Below are positions 36,401-50,034 of a DNA stretch of 61,052 nt, piece by piece. Source of the stretch: Psammoneis japonica (Eukaryota); NCBI GenBank assembly GCA_008632985.1, contig QPGO01000034.1, positions 573,311 through 634,362 of the forward strand, written 5' to 3'. The notes under the pieces are model-generated. The model had not been told where the DNA came from, did no database searches, and saw only the letters and a program-made list of their open reading frames with translations. Position 1 is the stretch's first letter, and every line of letters starts with the position of its first letter. Both the position numbers and the translations under genes were made by a program.

Positions 36401-38252
36401 GTGCCACCCAATGAGGAAGAAGCATGTCCATGACCCAACATCTGAGAAGAACAAGATGACTCCACTCTTCCATCATGTGGACATCAAATGGAGCCAAAGC
36501 GTGGATCATGCTGTCACTTTTCCAAAGAAAGTGCATGCAGCAGCTGTGCAGATGATCAACAACCTGATTCCAGAGGTCCTGTGCCACCTGGGAGATGAAG
36601 CTGCATCATCATGGTTCAAAGCATTGGGCATTGCAGAGCACCAGCAAGCAACCTTCAACCCTGAGACAGGCACGATGTCTTCAAAGGAAAACAAAAAACT
36701 CCCAGAAATTGTCAAAGATGATCCCTGGGGCATGGAAGAAAACTGGCAAACCAACATCAATGCTGAAAAGCAAGCGGAGCAGAAACGAGAATTGTCCAAA
36801 CCCCAAAAGAGAAGGGAAACACCAAACAAGCAAAAATGGCCATGGAACAAGCCACAGCATGCTTGGAGAATGCAGACGATGTCAAGTCTGTTGGCATTGC
36901 AAGGAACAAAGACAACAACACAACGCACTCCAATTCTCATGGAAACAGAGCTGTTGCCTTTCAAGAAGCAGAAAGGAAAGGAGCAGACAAACTGATGGAA
37001 CAAGACAACACATTCATTGCAACCACACCATCAACATGAGCAAGACTGGAGGCAGCCAAGGCAGAACTTGCAAAACTGTGGTCTTGTTTTGGAGTTGCAG
37101 AAGATGAACTGGGTCTGGCCACACCATGGTGAATGACTCTGCCAGCAGCACTCATTCTGAGAGTGCTGGGTGCAACTTTTGAGCCACACCATCCTTGATG
37201 ATCCCACCAGCGATTGTCCAAGGAGGATGTAAATTTGGAAAATCTGGGCCAGCAAACAGATGAATGGTGAGAGACTCTGTTGACATTAAAATTCAGAGCA
37301 CCCACCATTTGGCCTTTCATGACATTGGAGGCCTTCCTGTGGAAAAGACCAGGTGCATGACAAGCACAACTGGCTCAAACAATGGATGACAAAAAGCCAG
37401 GTCAATGCCGTGGGACTCATTGAAGCAAACCTTGGCTTTAGAAGGATCCCAAAACACCAGCAATGGACCGATTGTTGGCACACACTCCATTGCTCTTACA
37501 CGGTGGCAGCCACTGACAAAAACTGCTCTGCATCAACAAGACGACAGTGCAGAGGAGTGGGAAACCTGGTCCAATGCTCATTGAGCCACCATCTCATGTC
37601 AAAAGGACAAGAATCAACTGGCCCAGGAAGATGGATGTGGACAAGACTCAAAGGAACAGGAACACACACAAGAGTGACTGCGGCCCACAGACCAGCACTG
37701 GACAGAACAGGACACCCTGGCACAGTGCGTTCCCAACACTTGGCACACCTTCTCTCCAATCAAGATGCAAGAGACCTGTGCAAGGCATTTCTGGAGGATT
37801 TGGGAGAACAGACTGGGGAGTGGCAGAAAGAAGGTGATCTGGTTGTCCTTGGTGTTGACTCAAATGAGAGCATGTGGGGGAATCTGGAAATGATCACCTG
37901 GATGAAGTCCTTGAATCTGATTGATGCTCTTTGCTCAACTCACCCAAACTCCATGACACCCATTGATGCCACCCCAGTTTCTTCTGCTTTGGAGGTGAGA
38001 CGAGAAGGAATGACAGGATTTGGGCAATTCAGCTGCTCCTCCAACCATTGCACCCTGTGAATCAATGTCAACAAGCCAAGTGTCTTTGGCTGCTTGCCCC
38101 CTCCATTGGCCAGCATTGAACCAGACAGGTTGGCTGGGAAGCTCAAAGAACCCAAAGTGGCAAAGAAGCACAACACTTGACCGTGTGCAAGATGACGCTG
38201 TCATGTGACTTGCTCAGCAGAGGCCCTGTGATGGAAAACTGTGACTCTTTTG

Positions 38253-38685
38253 TGCAACATGCAGCCACTGACAAGAGCCAATGTATCACGGCGACGTGTT
38301 GCAGCCTTTAAATGTCACAAAGGGCGTGAGAAAAATGACCTTTTGTCTGCATGCATGCTGCATCATGAATTCACAGCGGAGTGGTTCGCAGGAGGCCAGG
38401 GGTTCGAAACCCTGAGTGGGAGTTGTCTGCAGCAACGTTGATCACTGTCGAACGCGTAAAACTCTGTGCAGTTCTGTATGTTCCTTTGTGCGCACCCACA
38501 CTGTTCCGCCAAAAACGTGCAGTGTCAGTGCACGTTAGTAAAGAGCCGCATGGACGCGTGACACATGGGGAGGAGTGCAACACACAGCTGCCAACAAGAG
38601 CCAATGTATCACGGCGACGTGTTACAGCCTTTAAATGTCACAAAGGGCGTGACAAAAACAACCTTTTGTCTGCATGCATGCTGCA
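38253..38685 (+). mobile_element. TRIM-like miniature LTR element (433 bp) with a tRNA-like internal segment
   Basis: 110-bp direct repeats 38253-38362 and 38576-38685, both TG...CA. Polypurine tract GGGGAGGAG directly before the second repeat. TTTG on both flanks (4-bp TSD). Internal AGCGGAGTGG and CAGGGGTTCGAAACCCTG. Confidence 0.75.
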
Positions 38686-41600
38686 TTTGGACTGGGAGAG
38701 AAACCAGAGTGCAAAAGAATCTTCAAGGAGAGCAGGAAAATCCAAGCAACAGCAAAGGAGAAATGCAGAGGAAGCAGAGTGTGAAACAAGGATGAGTTGT
38801 CTCATGAGATTGACGAGGCAAGGAAAGAAATCCATCTTTGGAGACTGATTTGCAAGCTTCATTTTGGAAGGTCCAAACTCTGCCAGGATGAGCTCCATTC
38901 CTGTTGTGTCAAACAAGTGGGGCAAAACAAGACCGCCATCAAGCATGAAGAGAAGCTGATCAGGCACACCTGCTGTCAGAAGAAGATCTTCTGCTGCATC
39001 TGCACAGTTGCTGGCAAGGCTGGGGCAGCTCTGTGAGAACTGTCGCAGGACCTGACAGAAATGGAAAAGACAAAGTTTGCTCTTCAAAGCATGGTGTCAA
39101 GCAGGCTTGCACAAAGAAGGTCTGTCACAATGTGGCCAAACTTTTGCACCAGGATGCACAGTGCCCCTTTCATGAAGGAACCACTTCTCTCCAACTTTGG
39201 GCACCTCACTGACACACCGGCCACCAAACAAGTTCTGGAAGGTGCGCGCAAGCCGCCCCCGGGAGTTGACAAGTGGGCTGCCAAATTCATCAAGCAATTG
39301 GAGCAACCAAATCCACTGCCCCCATCACTCAATGCAAGCTGCGCCACAGAGGAACATGTCAACAGATGGGACAAGATGAGGGCCCACACAATGAGCAGCC
39401 CATTCAGACCAACCTTTTCTGACTGCAAGGCAGGCTGCCAGCACCCCACGGTGGCGGAACTCAACACTTGCATGTCTGCAACACCAAGAGCACATGGTCA
39501 TGCACCAAAATGCTGGTCAAAGGCAGCAGATGTGATGATGCCAAAAAAGCAAGAATCAAATCATGTCAAGAAGCTTTGCACTGCTGCACTTTTCAATGCC
39601 CAGTGGAACAAAATGAACAAGCACCTCAGCCACACCACAGTCCAGCAAGCTGAGGCACACAGGGAGATGCCATGGGAAGTGCACGGAAGCAGGAAAAGGC
39701 AACAAGCTGTCATCTGTGCTCTTGACAAAGTGCTCACCGGTGCCATGTTCCATCAACTCCACAAACCAGGAGCGATCTGCAGCACTGGTGCCAAATCTTG
39801 CCATGACAAGATCCCACACTCCATTGCACACCTCTGCATGAGATGAATGTGCAAGGAGGAGGATGACAATGAACTTTTCATGACAGTGGCGACCCTCAGT
39901 CAGATGGAACACTGCATTTGAACTGCCTGCAGAGATTCAGACGAATTGAGCGGAGCTCTTTAAAATGCCATCACAGGGAATGTTCTAAGGCCATGGAGCT
40001 GCACCCGCTGTCTGGCTTTTGGCAAGCATTCCAGTGATCAAAATGCTTGAAGAGAAAGGATTTGGGATCTGTGCCAAGACTCCAATGACACAGAATACCT
40101 TCCACTGTGTGCGCTGCACCTTTGTGGATGACATGGGTCTGCCATGCACAACAAGGGATCCAGGTGCAACACACAGGGCTGTGACAGATGGAGTGCAACA
40201 AATGGCAGACTGCTGGGAAGGAGGAACTGGGGCAACTGGTGGTGCCTTGGTCCCCGCCAAGAGTTGCTGGTCCCTGGCCTTGTTTGTTTGGCAGAACAAT
40301 GGCTGGCACTGCAAAACTGTTGCAGAAACATGCCGGGCAACATCTCCACCCCAGATCATGAGGGACAGCGATCAACCATTTGAAGACTGGAGGCACACTG
40401 GGTGCATGGGTTGCTGTGGATGGTTCCACTGAACAACAAGTTGAGGCCTTGGCAGATGAGGTTGACAAGTGGGCAAATCAAGTGCAGAGCAGGCATCTGA
40501 GCAGAACAGAGTCATGGATGTTGCTGATTGGAGGAACAAGGAAAGGCATTGAATGTCCACTTGCGGCATGCTCTCTTACAAAGAAGGGCTGTGGCTCCAT
40601 CCAATGACCCTTGTTTGAAGTGGCCCTTCCTGTGCCAGGGCATCCACAATCATTTCCCTGGAAAGTCTCATTTGCACCAAAGAATGTCAATGGTCTGGGA
40701 GTTTGGAAATCTGCACTCTGCAGGGGCTTCTCAAATTGGAAGCATGCCTTCAATGAGGGGATGCTCTGTCAATGACGGGCAGAGAACTCGCGGTGGTGCA
40801 GGAATTGACACAGCTGGAGCCAGGGGGATCTGGACAGACACATTGGCTGGACCACAAAAAACTTGCTCCTCTGGCCACCAAGACCTGAACAAAGTCTCTG
40901 TGGGAGTTCTGCACAATGCATTGAATGGATCTCATCTCATTGGACCCAGAGATCCCCCTCCAGCATGAGAATGATGCCTTCCTCATAAAGACCTTTCTTG
41001 CCAATGGATGCAAAGGAGCATGTTTGTGCAAGATCAACCTGCACAGACTTTGGACAAAGGCCCTGCAAAGTTCAGATGTGGTTTCAGGAGACAGCAAGTG
41101 CATCTTGTTGGGACATCACAAAGGACCAAAGATCTGCAAGAGCAGCTGTGATTGGCCCAAGGCAGGATTCCCATTGCCAATGTGTTGGAGACTTTGGCAA
41201 GAAGCTCCAACCACCTGCTTTCTCTCACCAATGAAATGCCAACCTGCGCGCACACAGAGCCCTGGGAAAATGGATCATTGACACAAGTCAATGCAGGTGG
41301 CAATGCTCTTGGAGTCAGGACAGGGTGTTTCAGGCACAGGATGACACACACAGGACATGCTTGGTGCTCCTGCAATCTTGATGCCAAAGGAAAAGATTCC
41401 ATCACTTCACAGGTGCAAATGCTGCCTGCTCCACCTCCTGACACACTCCCACACAAACAGTTGGAACAGAAAGCAGAATCACATCAACAGGGACTGCTGA
41501 GGAGCTGATGACTCCTGCCAAAGAGGCAGAATTCAAATGGCTCTGCACACTGCACAACAAAGAACCCCCCATCAAACCACTGCTGCAGGGCATCATTGAC

Positions 41601-42083
41601 TGCACAGCAAGCAGTGTGTGTTGCAGAAGGATCATTCAAAGAGGAGCCAGCCACCACTGCCACAATCCTGCTTCTGTCGTTTGGACACTCACAAAGATGC
41701 CAGGGAGTGAACTAGACTCATGGCATGAGGGTCAGTTTGACAGCATGCAGAGGAGAATTGGGAGGCATCTGTGGCTTGTTGAGACATTTGTCAGACCTTT
41801 GCAAAAGGTGTCACATCTGCAAAGGTCAAATCATGCTGGGATGCAACTGTGGCTCCGCACTGCGTGCTTCTGCAATGACTTCGATGACCCAAAACAATGG
41901 AGCCATGACTTGATGCAACCGATCAGATGCACGACACGAGATCTTCCAACACCCATGATTCCTGAGGAGGTTGATGGACACAAGGAGAGAATGGTGCCAT
42001 TGCAAGACGTTGCTCCCATGGAACAACTCAACATTGAGATGGGCCTTCTCACCAAGGCATGTTGGGAGGCTGCTTGCAGGCAG

Positions 42084-42477
42084 GACGCGTTCCAGGTCTA
42101 GGTGGGACCTCGCACTGCTGAACTGTGAATGACATCGACAGTTTTTTGAATCAAGTCGTATGTCGCGCACGTAGATTTCTACGTGATTTTTTCGATATTT
42201 TGTGTCATTTTACGGTACACTTATTGAGCGATCCGTCCAACAACTTTTGACATTTTTTGTTACAGCGCGATTCTATAATGTCTTAAGAATCGCGTAGGGC
42301 AGGCGCATTTGCAAAAACGTCAAGTGGTAACAGGCATAATTGTACCACAAACTTGGCCATTTATTTGATGTTGAAGATAAATATATCCATTAATTAAATT
42401 CTCGTACTACGGAGCTCGCACGTAGAATTCTACGGGCCCAATGTCACACGGAGTCCCACCTAGGGCTGGAACGCGTC
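42084..42477. mobile_element. MITE family X, young copy (394 bp, 25-bp TIRs, 4-bp TSD GCAG)
   Basis: TIRs GACGCGTTCCAGGTCTAGGTGGGAC / GTCCCACCTAGGGCTGGAACGCGTC, with GCAG on both flanks. Retains TpA and CpG. Confidence 0.92.
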
Positions 42478-42574
42478 GCAGAAGAGGACCTCCACCACTG
42501 TGAAATGCCAGAGCAAAATAGATGGCATGTGCAGCTTGGAGGAGAGACATTGATGTTTTATGAAACCCCAAACC

Positions 42575-45500
42575 TGCAGTGTTCCACACCCTGTTTTTCT
42601 GACACACAGTGTTGGTGATTGCATTGGATGTCAAATGGAGCCATTGCAATGGGCTTTGCTGATTGCAACCTCGTCACCTCAGTCTCTGCTCACAACTTTG
42701 TTGCAACTGAAGTCTTTGTCTTGTTTGACCTTGCACTGTAATTGCTGTCAACCAAAAGAACTGGATGGAGACTGGACCACATTCAGAGAAACTGACTGAA
42801 TGTGAAAAAAGAGAACTGCAAGCCAGAGCAGCAGCTTGGCTGGGCCATTGATCACAAGAAACAAGTGCAACAGCACAAACATCACAAACAGAATTTGGTG
42901 AGTCAAGTGCATCACTTGGAGTCAAAGGCAGAGTCCCTGGAGAGGACTGTTGCACAACTGCATTCTATCCTTCATGATGAGTGAATTGTTGAAGGAACCA
43001 TGCATTGATTGTGAGGCAAAGTTTGAGCACTCTGATTTGGAAAGTGTGCAAAATTAACTCAATCGCTTGATGATGGCAGCACTCACACTAAAAAGTGTCC
43101 ACATTTTGATGGAACACATGGCATTGAAGTGTTGTCATTTGTTGAAGATCGTGTTTGTAAAATTGCCACCAAATTAGAGCATGCCACTGGAGAGGAGTTG
43201 TTTGATGATTTTGAGGAAGTGTTGGCTGACACGGCTGAGGACAAATGGGCAAATCTTTTGATCAAGAGATGAGCCATTTTTGTTTGTCTTGTTGTGATGA
43301 TGAAGCATGTGATGCAACAATTGAACACTTGCCAACCTTGAAAAAACCACTAAAATCTGAAGCACAGGTGCACGCGAATCACATGGAGACTCTGATTTGG
43401 TGCACCAACAAGCTGCCTGGAAATGATCCTCAAGTCAATGATGCCCAGAAGAAGAAGATGACATTTGACAGCTTCCCTCATCCGTGGCGTGAGATGCACA
43501 CTTGAGCAGGATGTTTGACAGCTGATGACAGTCTCACCGAGATCATCAGCCACATGAACAATGAAAAATCTTTTGTGGACAAAAGTGGCAACAAGAAACA
43601 AGACAAGAAGTGCAAAAATGATTCCACTTCATCTCAAGCTTCAAGACACAGCCGTGGCAATGGCACTCGGGTGGAACCAGAGGTCAGATGCCCGGCCCAT
43701 CCCAGTCATGATCACAAGTGGAAAGATTGCATCTTGAACCCAGAGAGCCAAAACCATTGACCAAGAACAGATCGTGGAGGTTGTGGCAGAGGTTGAGGTG
43801 GAGGCCATGGGAACTGTCAAGGACAAGGATGACAGGGCTGAGGAGGTTGTGGCAACTTCCAAGGTCAAGGACGCAGTGGTTGTGGCAACCAAGGCAGCTG
43901 TGGAGGTGGCGGTTGTGGGAGCTGCAGTGGTTCCCAGAACAATCAAGGAGGTGGATCCCACCATTGTCAAGATCAAAATTGCACCCAAGCCAACAGCAAT
44001 GCCCAAGGCTGTGAAAATCTGGCTGGAGCAGCTCCTCCTGGTGGTTGGCAAATGGAGCCACACAATTTTGATCAAGGAGGGCCTCATGAGATGCAAGGTG
44101 GAAATGGATGCAATCAATGCAGTTGTTTTCCACAAGGCCAATGAAGTTGGTGTGGTTGACGTGGGACAGAAGTGCCCAAGTCAGAGTGTGTTGCTCAATC
44201 TTTTTGTGTCATGTGTGATTGTGAAAATCATTTGTGTTTCAATGCAGATGAAAGTGTTGGAGACCTGATGGAATCTCATGCTGCAAATGATGAAAAATTG
44301 GGTGGCGTTTTGGAGTGCGCTGCACCAACCCCTAAAACTGTGACTCCCAAACCATTGAATGTGGTGCCTGCAATGTTGATGGCATTGCGCACAATTCAAA
44401 ATCAAGAGAGCAAGTGAGTGTTGCATGTGCTTTTAGATTCTGGAGGTGCTCACACCCTTGCACATCCTCGAGTTCTGCCAAAGGGAGCAAATCCAACCAT
44501 GAACAACGAAGGATGGATGAACTTCCAGACTGCAGCTGGACAGCACAAATCCCATTGACATGTTGTCATGAAGGACCCAGTGCCACCCGAGTTCGACAAG
44601 TCCAAACAAGAGGATGGGATTGTGGCTCAAGCATTTGATTCTCTGATCAAGTGCAACATGATGTTGGGCCAAGATTTTTTATCCAAGGCTGGAACAGTGC
44701 TCGACTTCAATCTTGGTGTTGTCAAGTGGTCAGATGCATCCATCCCAATGAAGCAATCCAATCATTGGAGTCAAGTTCAGAATTGGTTGGACGTGCTTGA
44801 CCACCTCAAAGATGGTGAAAGATTTGAAGAAGAAATGCCAGGCAAAAGCTGCGTGTCAGATGCCAAGTGTGAAAGGGTTTCACCAGAGAGAGTGGCTCAA
44901 GCTCAAAAGCATTTAACTCCCAAACAACACAATGAATTGCAAGCAATGCTGGAAAAGCACAAGTCTCTCTTTGACAGCACACTTGGCAAATGCCCCCACA
45001 AAACTGTTCACTTGGATGTTGACCCCAGTGCCACTCCTTTTCACTCTCAAGCTTGTGAAGTGTCAAAGAACAACAAAGAAGCATTGAAAAAAGAATTGAA
45101 GCACCTTTGTGATGCTGGAGCATTGGAGCCAGTGAGTCCGATGGAATGGGTGGCTGGAACCTTTGTCACACCCAAGAAGGACAGTCAAGTGCAATGGGCA
45201 CCTGACTTTCAAGAGTTGAACAAGGTCCTCAAGTGCAAGATTTGCCCTCTGCCAGTTGTTCAAGACATGATTCATCCCTGTTCTGGGTGCAAATTTTTGA
45301 CCAAATTGGATCTCACCATGTTTCGCTGCCACATCAAACTTGATGAAGAGTCCAAGGACCTGTGTGCCACTGTCACTCCATTTGGCAAATTTTTGACAGT
45401 GTTGCCTTGTGATGAGATTGAAGCCATCTTCAGACATTGCTCAAGCTGTCATTGAGAAAATGGCAAATGGTGTCTCAACGTTGGAGCAATGCTCACATTT

Positions 45501-47916
45501 GTCATCTTGATGAGTTGTTGACCAGGCGGGAGAAGAACAATCTCAAGGTCAATCCGCTCAAGTGTGAGTGGTGCGTCCAAGAGACAGATTTTCTGGGCCA
45601 TTGGCTGGCACCATCAGGAGTCCAACCATGGAAGAAGAAAGCAGATGCAGTGCTGCGAATGCAACCACCACAGAATGTGATGCAACTGCACTCATTTGTT
45701 GGTGCAGCAACCTGTTGTCGCAATGTGTGGCCCTGTGTTGCTCTCACACACTTGCCCCTCTCACCAAGCTGACAGGGAGAAAAGCAAATTAGAGTGGACC
45801 CTGGAATGTCTGAAGGCTTTCAAAGACATGAAGATGCCAATGTCAGATGACACTTTGTGGGCCTGTCCTGATCACAACAAACCCTTCCACATTTGTGCTG
45901 ATTCCTCCGACTGTCAGATGGGCATGGTGATCATGCAAGAAGGCAAACCAGCAGTGCATTGGTTGCGAAAGCTTGGTTCAGCACAGCAGAGCCATTCCAC
46001 CATTGAAAAAGAGCTCCTTGTGGTGACAATGTGTTTTAAGAAGTTCCAAACTGTGTTGCAAGGAGGTGACTGCACTGCATTCACTGACCGTTGCAATCTC
46101 ACTTTTTGCACACTTAATTCTCAATGAGCACTCAGGTGGCGACTCTTCTCAGAAGACTTTGCACCTGCTTTGGAATGTGTTGAAGGCAAGAGTGACGTGT
46201 TGGCTGATTGTTTTTCTTGATTGCCTTCAATGGATCCTCCTGCAGAGGGCAAGTGTGCTCCCAACAAGGGCAAGTTGTTGACAGATTTCAAGGCAGTCAA
46301 CACTGCCATGCCACCTCATGAAGAAGATGAAGAGTTGGAGAAGCTGACGCCAGTGTGCTGTTTCACTTGCCAGCCTGAGGAATCCTCTCACTTTGTTCCT
46401 CCTTTGTGCATGATCCCAAGCTGTTTGAATCTTTTTTGAACTGTCTTTCTCTTGACAAGATGCCGAATCCCACTGCCATTCAGTGGATCCAAGAATGTCA
46501 ATTCGTTGACGTGGAGCTGAACCACATGCATCAACAGCACCCAAATTGCTTCATTGTTGAACATGTGAGTCAGCATCCTGTGATCTGCTGTTGCACTCAA
46601 TTGAATGATCCTCCAACATTGTGGAAAATTTGCACTCCTGCTGCTTTGCTGCCTGATGTGATGCAATGGTGCCATCGGATCTTGGGACATGCTGGAGTGC
46701 ATCAAATGCACTCTGCTGTTGGCGCACATTTTTGTCATTCTGCGCTGCATTGAATGTGCAAAGAACATCATTGTGCTGATTGTCAGCATTTGAAAACTTT
46801 GGGTCCTGGACATGGAGATTTGCCTGAACGTGAAGCGTCTTCATTGCCTTGGTCTGAAGTGGCAGTCGACTCATTGGCCCATGGAAGATCAAAATCCAAG
46901 GCCAAGAGATTGAATTTGATGCATTGACCTGCATTGACATGGTTTCAAATGTCGCTGAACTCACTCGCATTGACAACAAAACTTCTTCTCATGTGGCTCA
47001 ACAATTTAAGAATTGGTGGTTGTCTTGCCATCCTTGACCTGGCCGTTGCATCCATGACAAATGGTGGCAAATTCATTGGAGAGGACTTTCAATTTTCATT
47101 GCAAAGAGCGGGAGTCGATGATGCACCCACTGCTTCACAAAACCCACAGTCCAGTGCGGCATGTGAATGCATGCATCAGACTGTTGGCAATGTCTTGCAC
47201 ACTTTGCTTCATGTTTGTCCTCCACAGAACATTGGACAGGCCAATCAATTGGCGGACAATGCGCCAGCTGCAGCAATGCACGCAATGCGATGCGCAGTGG
47301 CTGGTGCTCTCAAGATGTCACCCGGAGCAATGGTGTTCCAAGGAGACATGATTCTAGACCCACCAGTGTTGGCGGACCTTGCTGCCATTCAAGAACATTG
47401 CCAAGCTCTTGTCAACGCGAATCTACATCGAGCGGATGCCAAATGCCGACCCTGCAAATTTCAAGTCGGTGGACAAGTTCTCCTTGAGACTGTTGATCCA
47501 ACCAAGCTTGAACCACAAGCTTGTGGTTCTCATTCTGTTGTTCAAGTGCATGCCAACAGCACTGTCATGGTTCAATGTGCACCTCATGTTGTGGAGCACA
47601 CCAACATTCAGCACGCCACACCTTGTCGGATTGAGGTTGAGGGTTTTCTCCCCAACACTTGGGTTTCCCTTGCTCCTCTCTTGGAATGTGAGCTGGAAAT
47701 TTGAAATTTTTGAGTCCCACATGTTTCTCCTGACTCAAATCATGGAAGGGAAGAGTGCAGTGTTGCACACCCTGTTTTTCTGACACACGGCATCAATGAT
47801 TGCATTGGATGTCAAAAGAAGCCGTTGTGACAGGCTTTGCCAATTGCGACCTCATCACCTTGGTCTCCACTCACAACTTTGTTGCAACCAAAGCACTCAT
47901 CTTGTTTGACCTTGCA
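42575..47916 (+). mobile_element. Full-length decayed Ty3/Gypsy LTR retrotransposon
   Basis: 161-bp LTRs 42575-42735 and 47756-47916 (TG...CA). PPT GGAAGGGAAGAG. TSD AAACC/GAACC. Order gag, protease VLLDSGG, RT (TFVTPKKD, LTKLDLTM, VTPFGKF, DFLGHW), RNase H (HICADSSDCQMG, EKELL, FTDRCNL), integrase (NPQSSAACECMHQ). Confidence 0.95.
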
Positions 47917-48136
47917 GAACCATGCAAAAGTCATTGCACTCTGTTTCGTGCACAAACACCACTTGCGAATTTGGTCATTTTGAAAGTGGTCAGCCCCAAA
48001 CCCCGACTTCATCTCACCCGTCTGTCCGGTCCGTCATGATGAATTCATCTGGCTGGTGGTCGACTTGTCCAGAGACTGCAGCTGCCAAAACTTGTCAATG
48101 CACTGCATTCAATGAACACATCAACAGCGTGGCTCA

Positions 48137-48420
48137 ATTGGCTCCTCCTTTGTGGCAGGAACTCTGGACACGAAGTGAGGAAGTGTGGAACCCGGGCCGA
48201 TTTGGATTGCCATGCACGCAAGCATCAAACTTTAGAGCTTTGATCTTCACTTGCCACCAATCATTTTTTAAAAAAGTCACACGTTTAAATGAGGGGTTTG
48301 CAAAGAATTAGGGTGGAAGGACATTTCATGTGAATGTTTGCAGACAACATAAAAAATGGCGATTTAATGTTTTCACTGTGTGTGGATGTGTCACATGAAA
48401 AGACGTGGGCCTCCCATTTT
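48137..48420. repeat. Dispersed repeat shared with 58141-58420 (probable Helitron 3'-terminal region)
   Basis: TCCTCCTTTGTGGCAGGAACTCTGGACACGAAGTGAGG..GTGTGGAACCCGGGC is present at both loci. The second copy lies downstream of the minus-strand helicase. Confidence 0.8.
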
Positions 48421-49523
48421 CGAAATTGATGATTTTTGTGTGTCGGTTCAATCATTTTTGTCTTGAGTGCGGTCGTTTCGAGTAAAATGGAACAAAACGC
48501 GTGAAACCATGGAAAAAATCTAAAAACGGGAATAAGAAGCCCAGACAAAAGTGCAACAGTTCCGTAAAAAGTGCCCTGTCAGGCAGATTGAAGATGCCAG
48601 TGCAGTGCTTTGCAGCACCTGCTGCACTGGCCACACGGGCACAAAGACTCACTGGCCATCACGATGCCTTGGATTGTTGTGGCGCGCAAGTGCTGGGTCG
48701 GTGGGATGTCTGGATGATGACTCGGATCTGTTGGGGGTGTGGAAATGAAAGCAACATCATTGGAAAGCTCTCTTGTTCTGCAGATGATGCTGTTGCCATT
48801 TGTTGTGTCACAATCTCAAGTTCTTCTGCAAAGCAGTGCCTGCTTGAGTGAAACACACTGGGATTTTGGCACGCAGCTGCGGGGTCTGCAGGATGTCTGG
48901 ATTGTGAATCTGATCTGTCACCGGTGTGGAAATGAAACTGACATCATTGGAAAGCTCTCATTCTGCAGATGATGTCACTGTCATTTGTTGTGTCATGATT
49001 TCAAGCACTTTTAAAGCAACACCCACTTGAGCAAAATGCAGTGGGATTTGGCATGCAACTGCGGGGTCGGCAGGACATCTGGATGATGACTCAGATCTGT
49101 TGGGGGCATGGAAATAAAGGCAACATTGTTGGAAAGCTCTCATTCTGCAGATGATGTTGTTGTCATTTATTGTGTCATAATTTCAAGTTCTTCCAAAGCA
49201 ATGCCCACTTGAGCAAAACTCGGCGGGGTTCTGGCACGCAACTGCGGGGTCGGCAGGACATCTGGATGATGACTCGGATCTGTTGGGGGTGTGGAAACAA
49301 AAGTGACGTCATTGCAAAGCTCTCATTCCATGGATGATGTTGTTGTCATTTGTTGTGTCTTGGTTTTGAGCACTTCTAAAGCAACGCCCACTTGAGCAAA
49401 ACACAACAGGATTTTGGCGCGCAACGGGGTCGTTGGACATGGGTGTGGAACAAAATCTGACATCATTGGAAAGTTCTTGATCTGCAGATGATGTCACTGT
49501 CATTCATTGTGTCACAATTTTAA

Positions 49524-50034
49524 GGATGGATCGATGTTTGGCGGTCGATTTTGTTTGGAGCTCGCAAATGTTTAAAAACAACCCAGATTCTTCGCACCAA
49601 CAATGCGCGCATTCGCCAAAAACATGTTCAGCGACAGGTCAAACTTTGTCCGTTTGCAAGATGTCATGGAATGCATGCACAATGAATGTGAAGGTTTGGG
49701 ATCTCTAGAATGACGACCTCAGACATGTCTGTGGCCAGTCAAACGCCAATTGTCGGCCTCTCCTGGAAAGTTGCGGCTTGTCTGCCATGAACAGCCCGAC
49801 TTTGGCGAAAAACAGCGGTTTGTTGAACATGACAACCGCACCCAATGCGACAATTTTCGTTTGAAGGTTGACGAGTGTAGTTCATGTCAAGGTCCAACAG
49901 CCCTGATGGGGGCTGGACACACACACAAGTGTTTGGGGGTGCTCAGATGCATCGCAAAATGACGCAGGCGAAGTGCAAGCAAATTGCAGAATCACAAGCT
50001 GTTTAAAAAAACACCGCTAAACATCCATCCAGCC
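49524..50034. mobile_element. Non-autonomous TIR element with TTAA target (Kolobok-like GG...CC termini)
   Basis: TIRs GGATGGATCGATGTTTGGCGGT / ACCGCTAAACATCCATCCAGCC. Flanks TTAA (49520-49523) and TCAA (50035-50038). The satellite register continues across it. Confidence 0.75.

Larger units (their letters stand above)
35600..42555 (+). mobile_element. Non-LTR retrotransposon (ORF1-like region plus APE endonuclease-RT-RNase H; Ambal-like architecture), decayed; 5' boundary approximate
   Basis: APE: GLIEAN, GRWMWTRLKG, TRVTAAHRP, VVLGVDSNE, SNH. RT: DVMMPKK, EVHGSRK, AKSCHDKIPH, GHGAAPAVW, FVDD, GGALVPAKS. RNase H: ACRGELGGICG, VDGHKE, EQLNIEM. Interrupted by a TRIM and a MITE. Confidence 0.85.

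Noticed and set aside
38370..38422. tRNA gene
   Set aside because: No anticodon arm and no acceptor stem pairing; only A/B-box-like remnants inside a TRIM.
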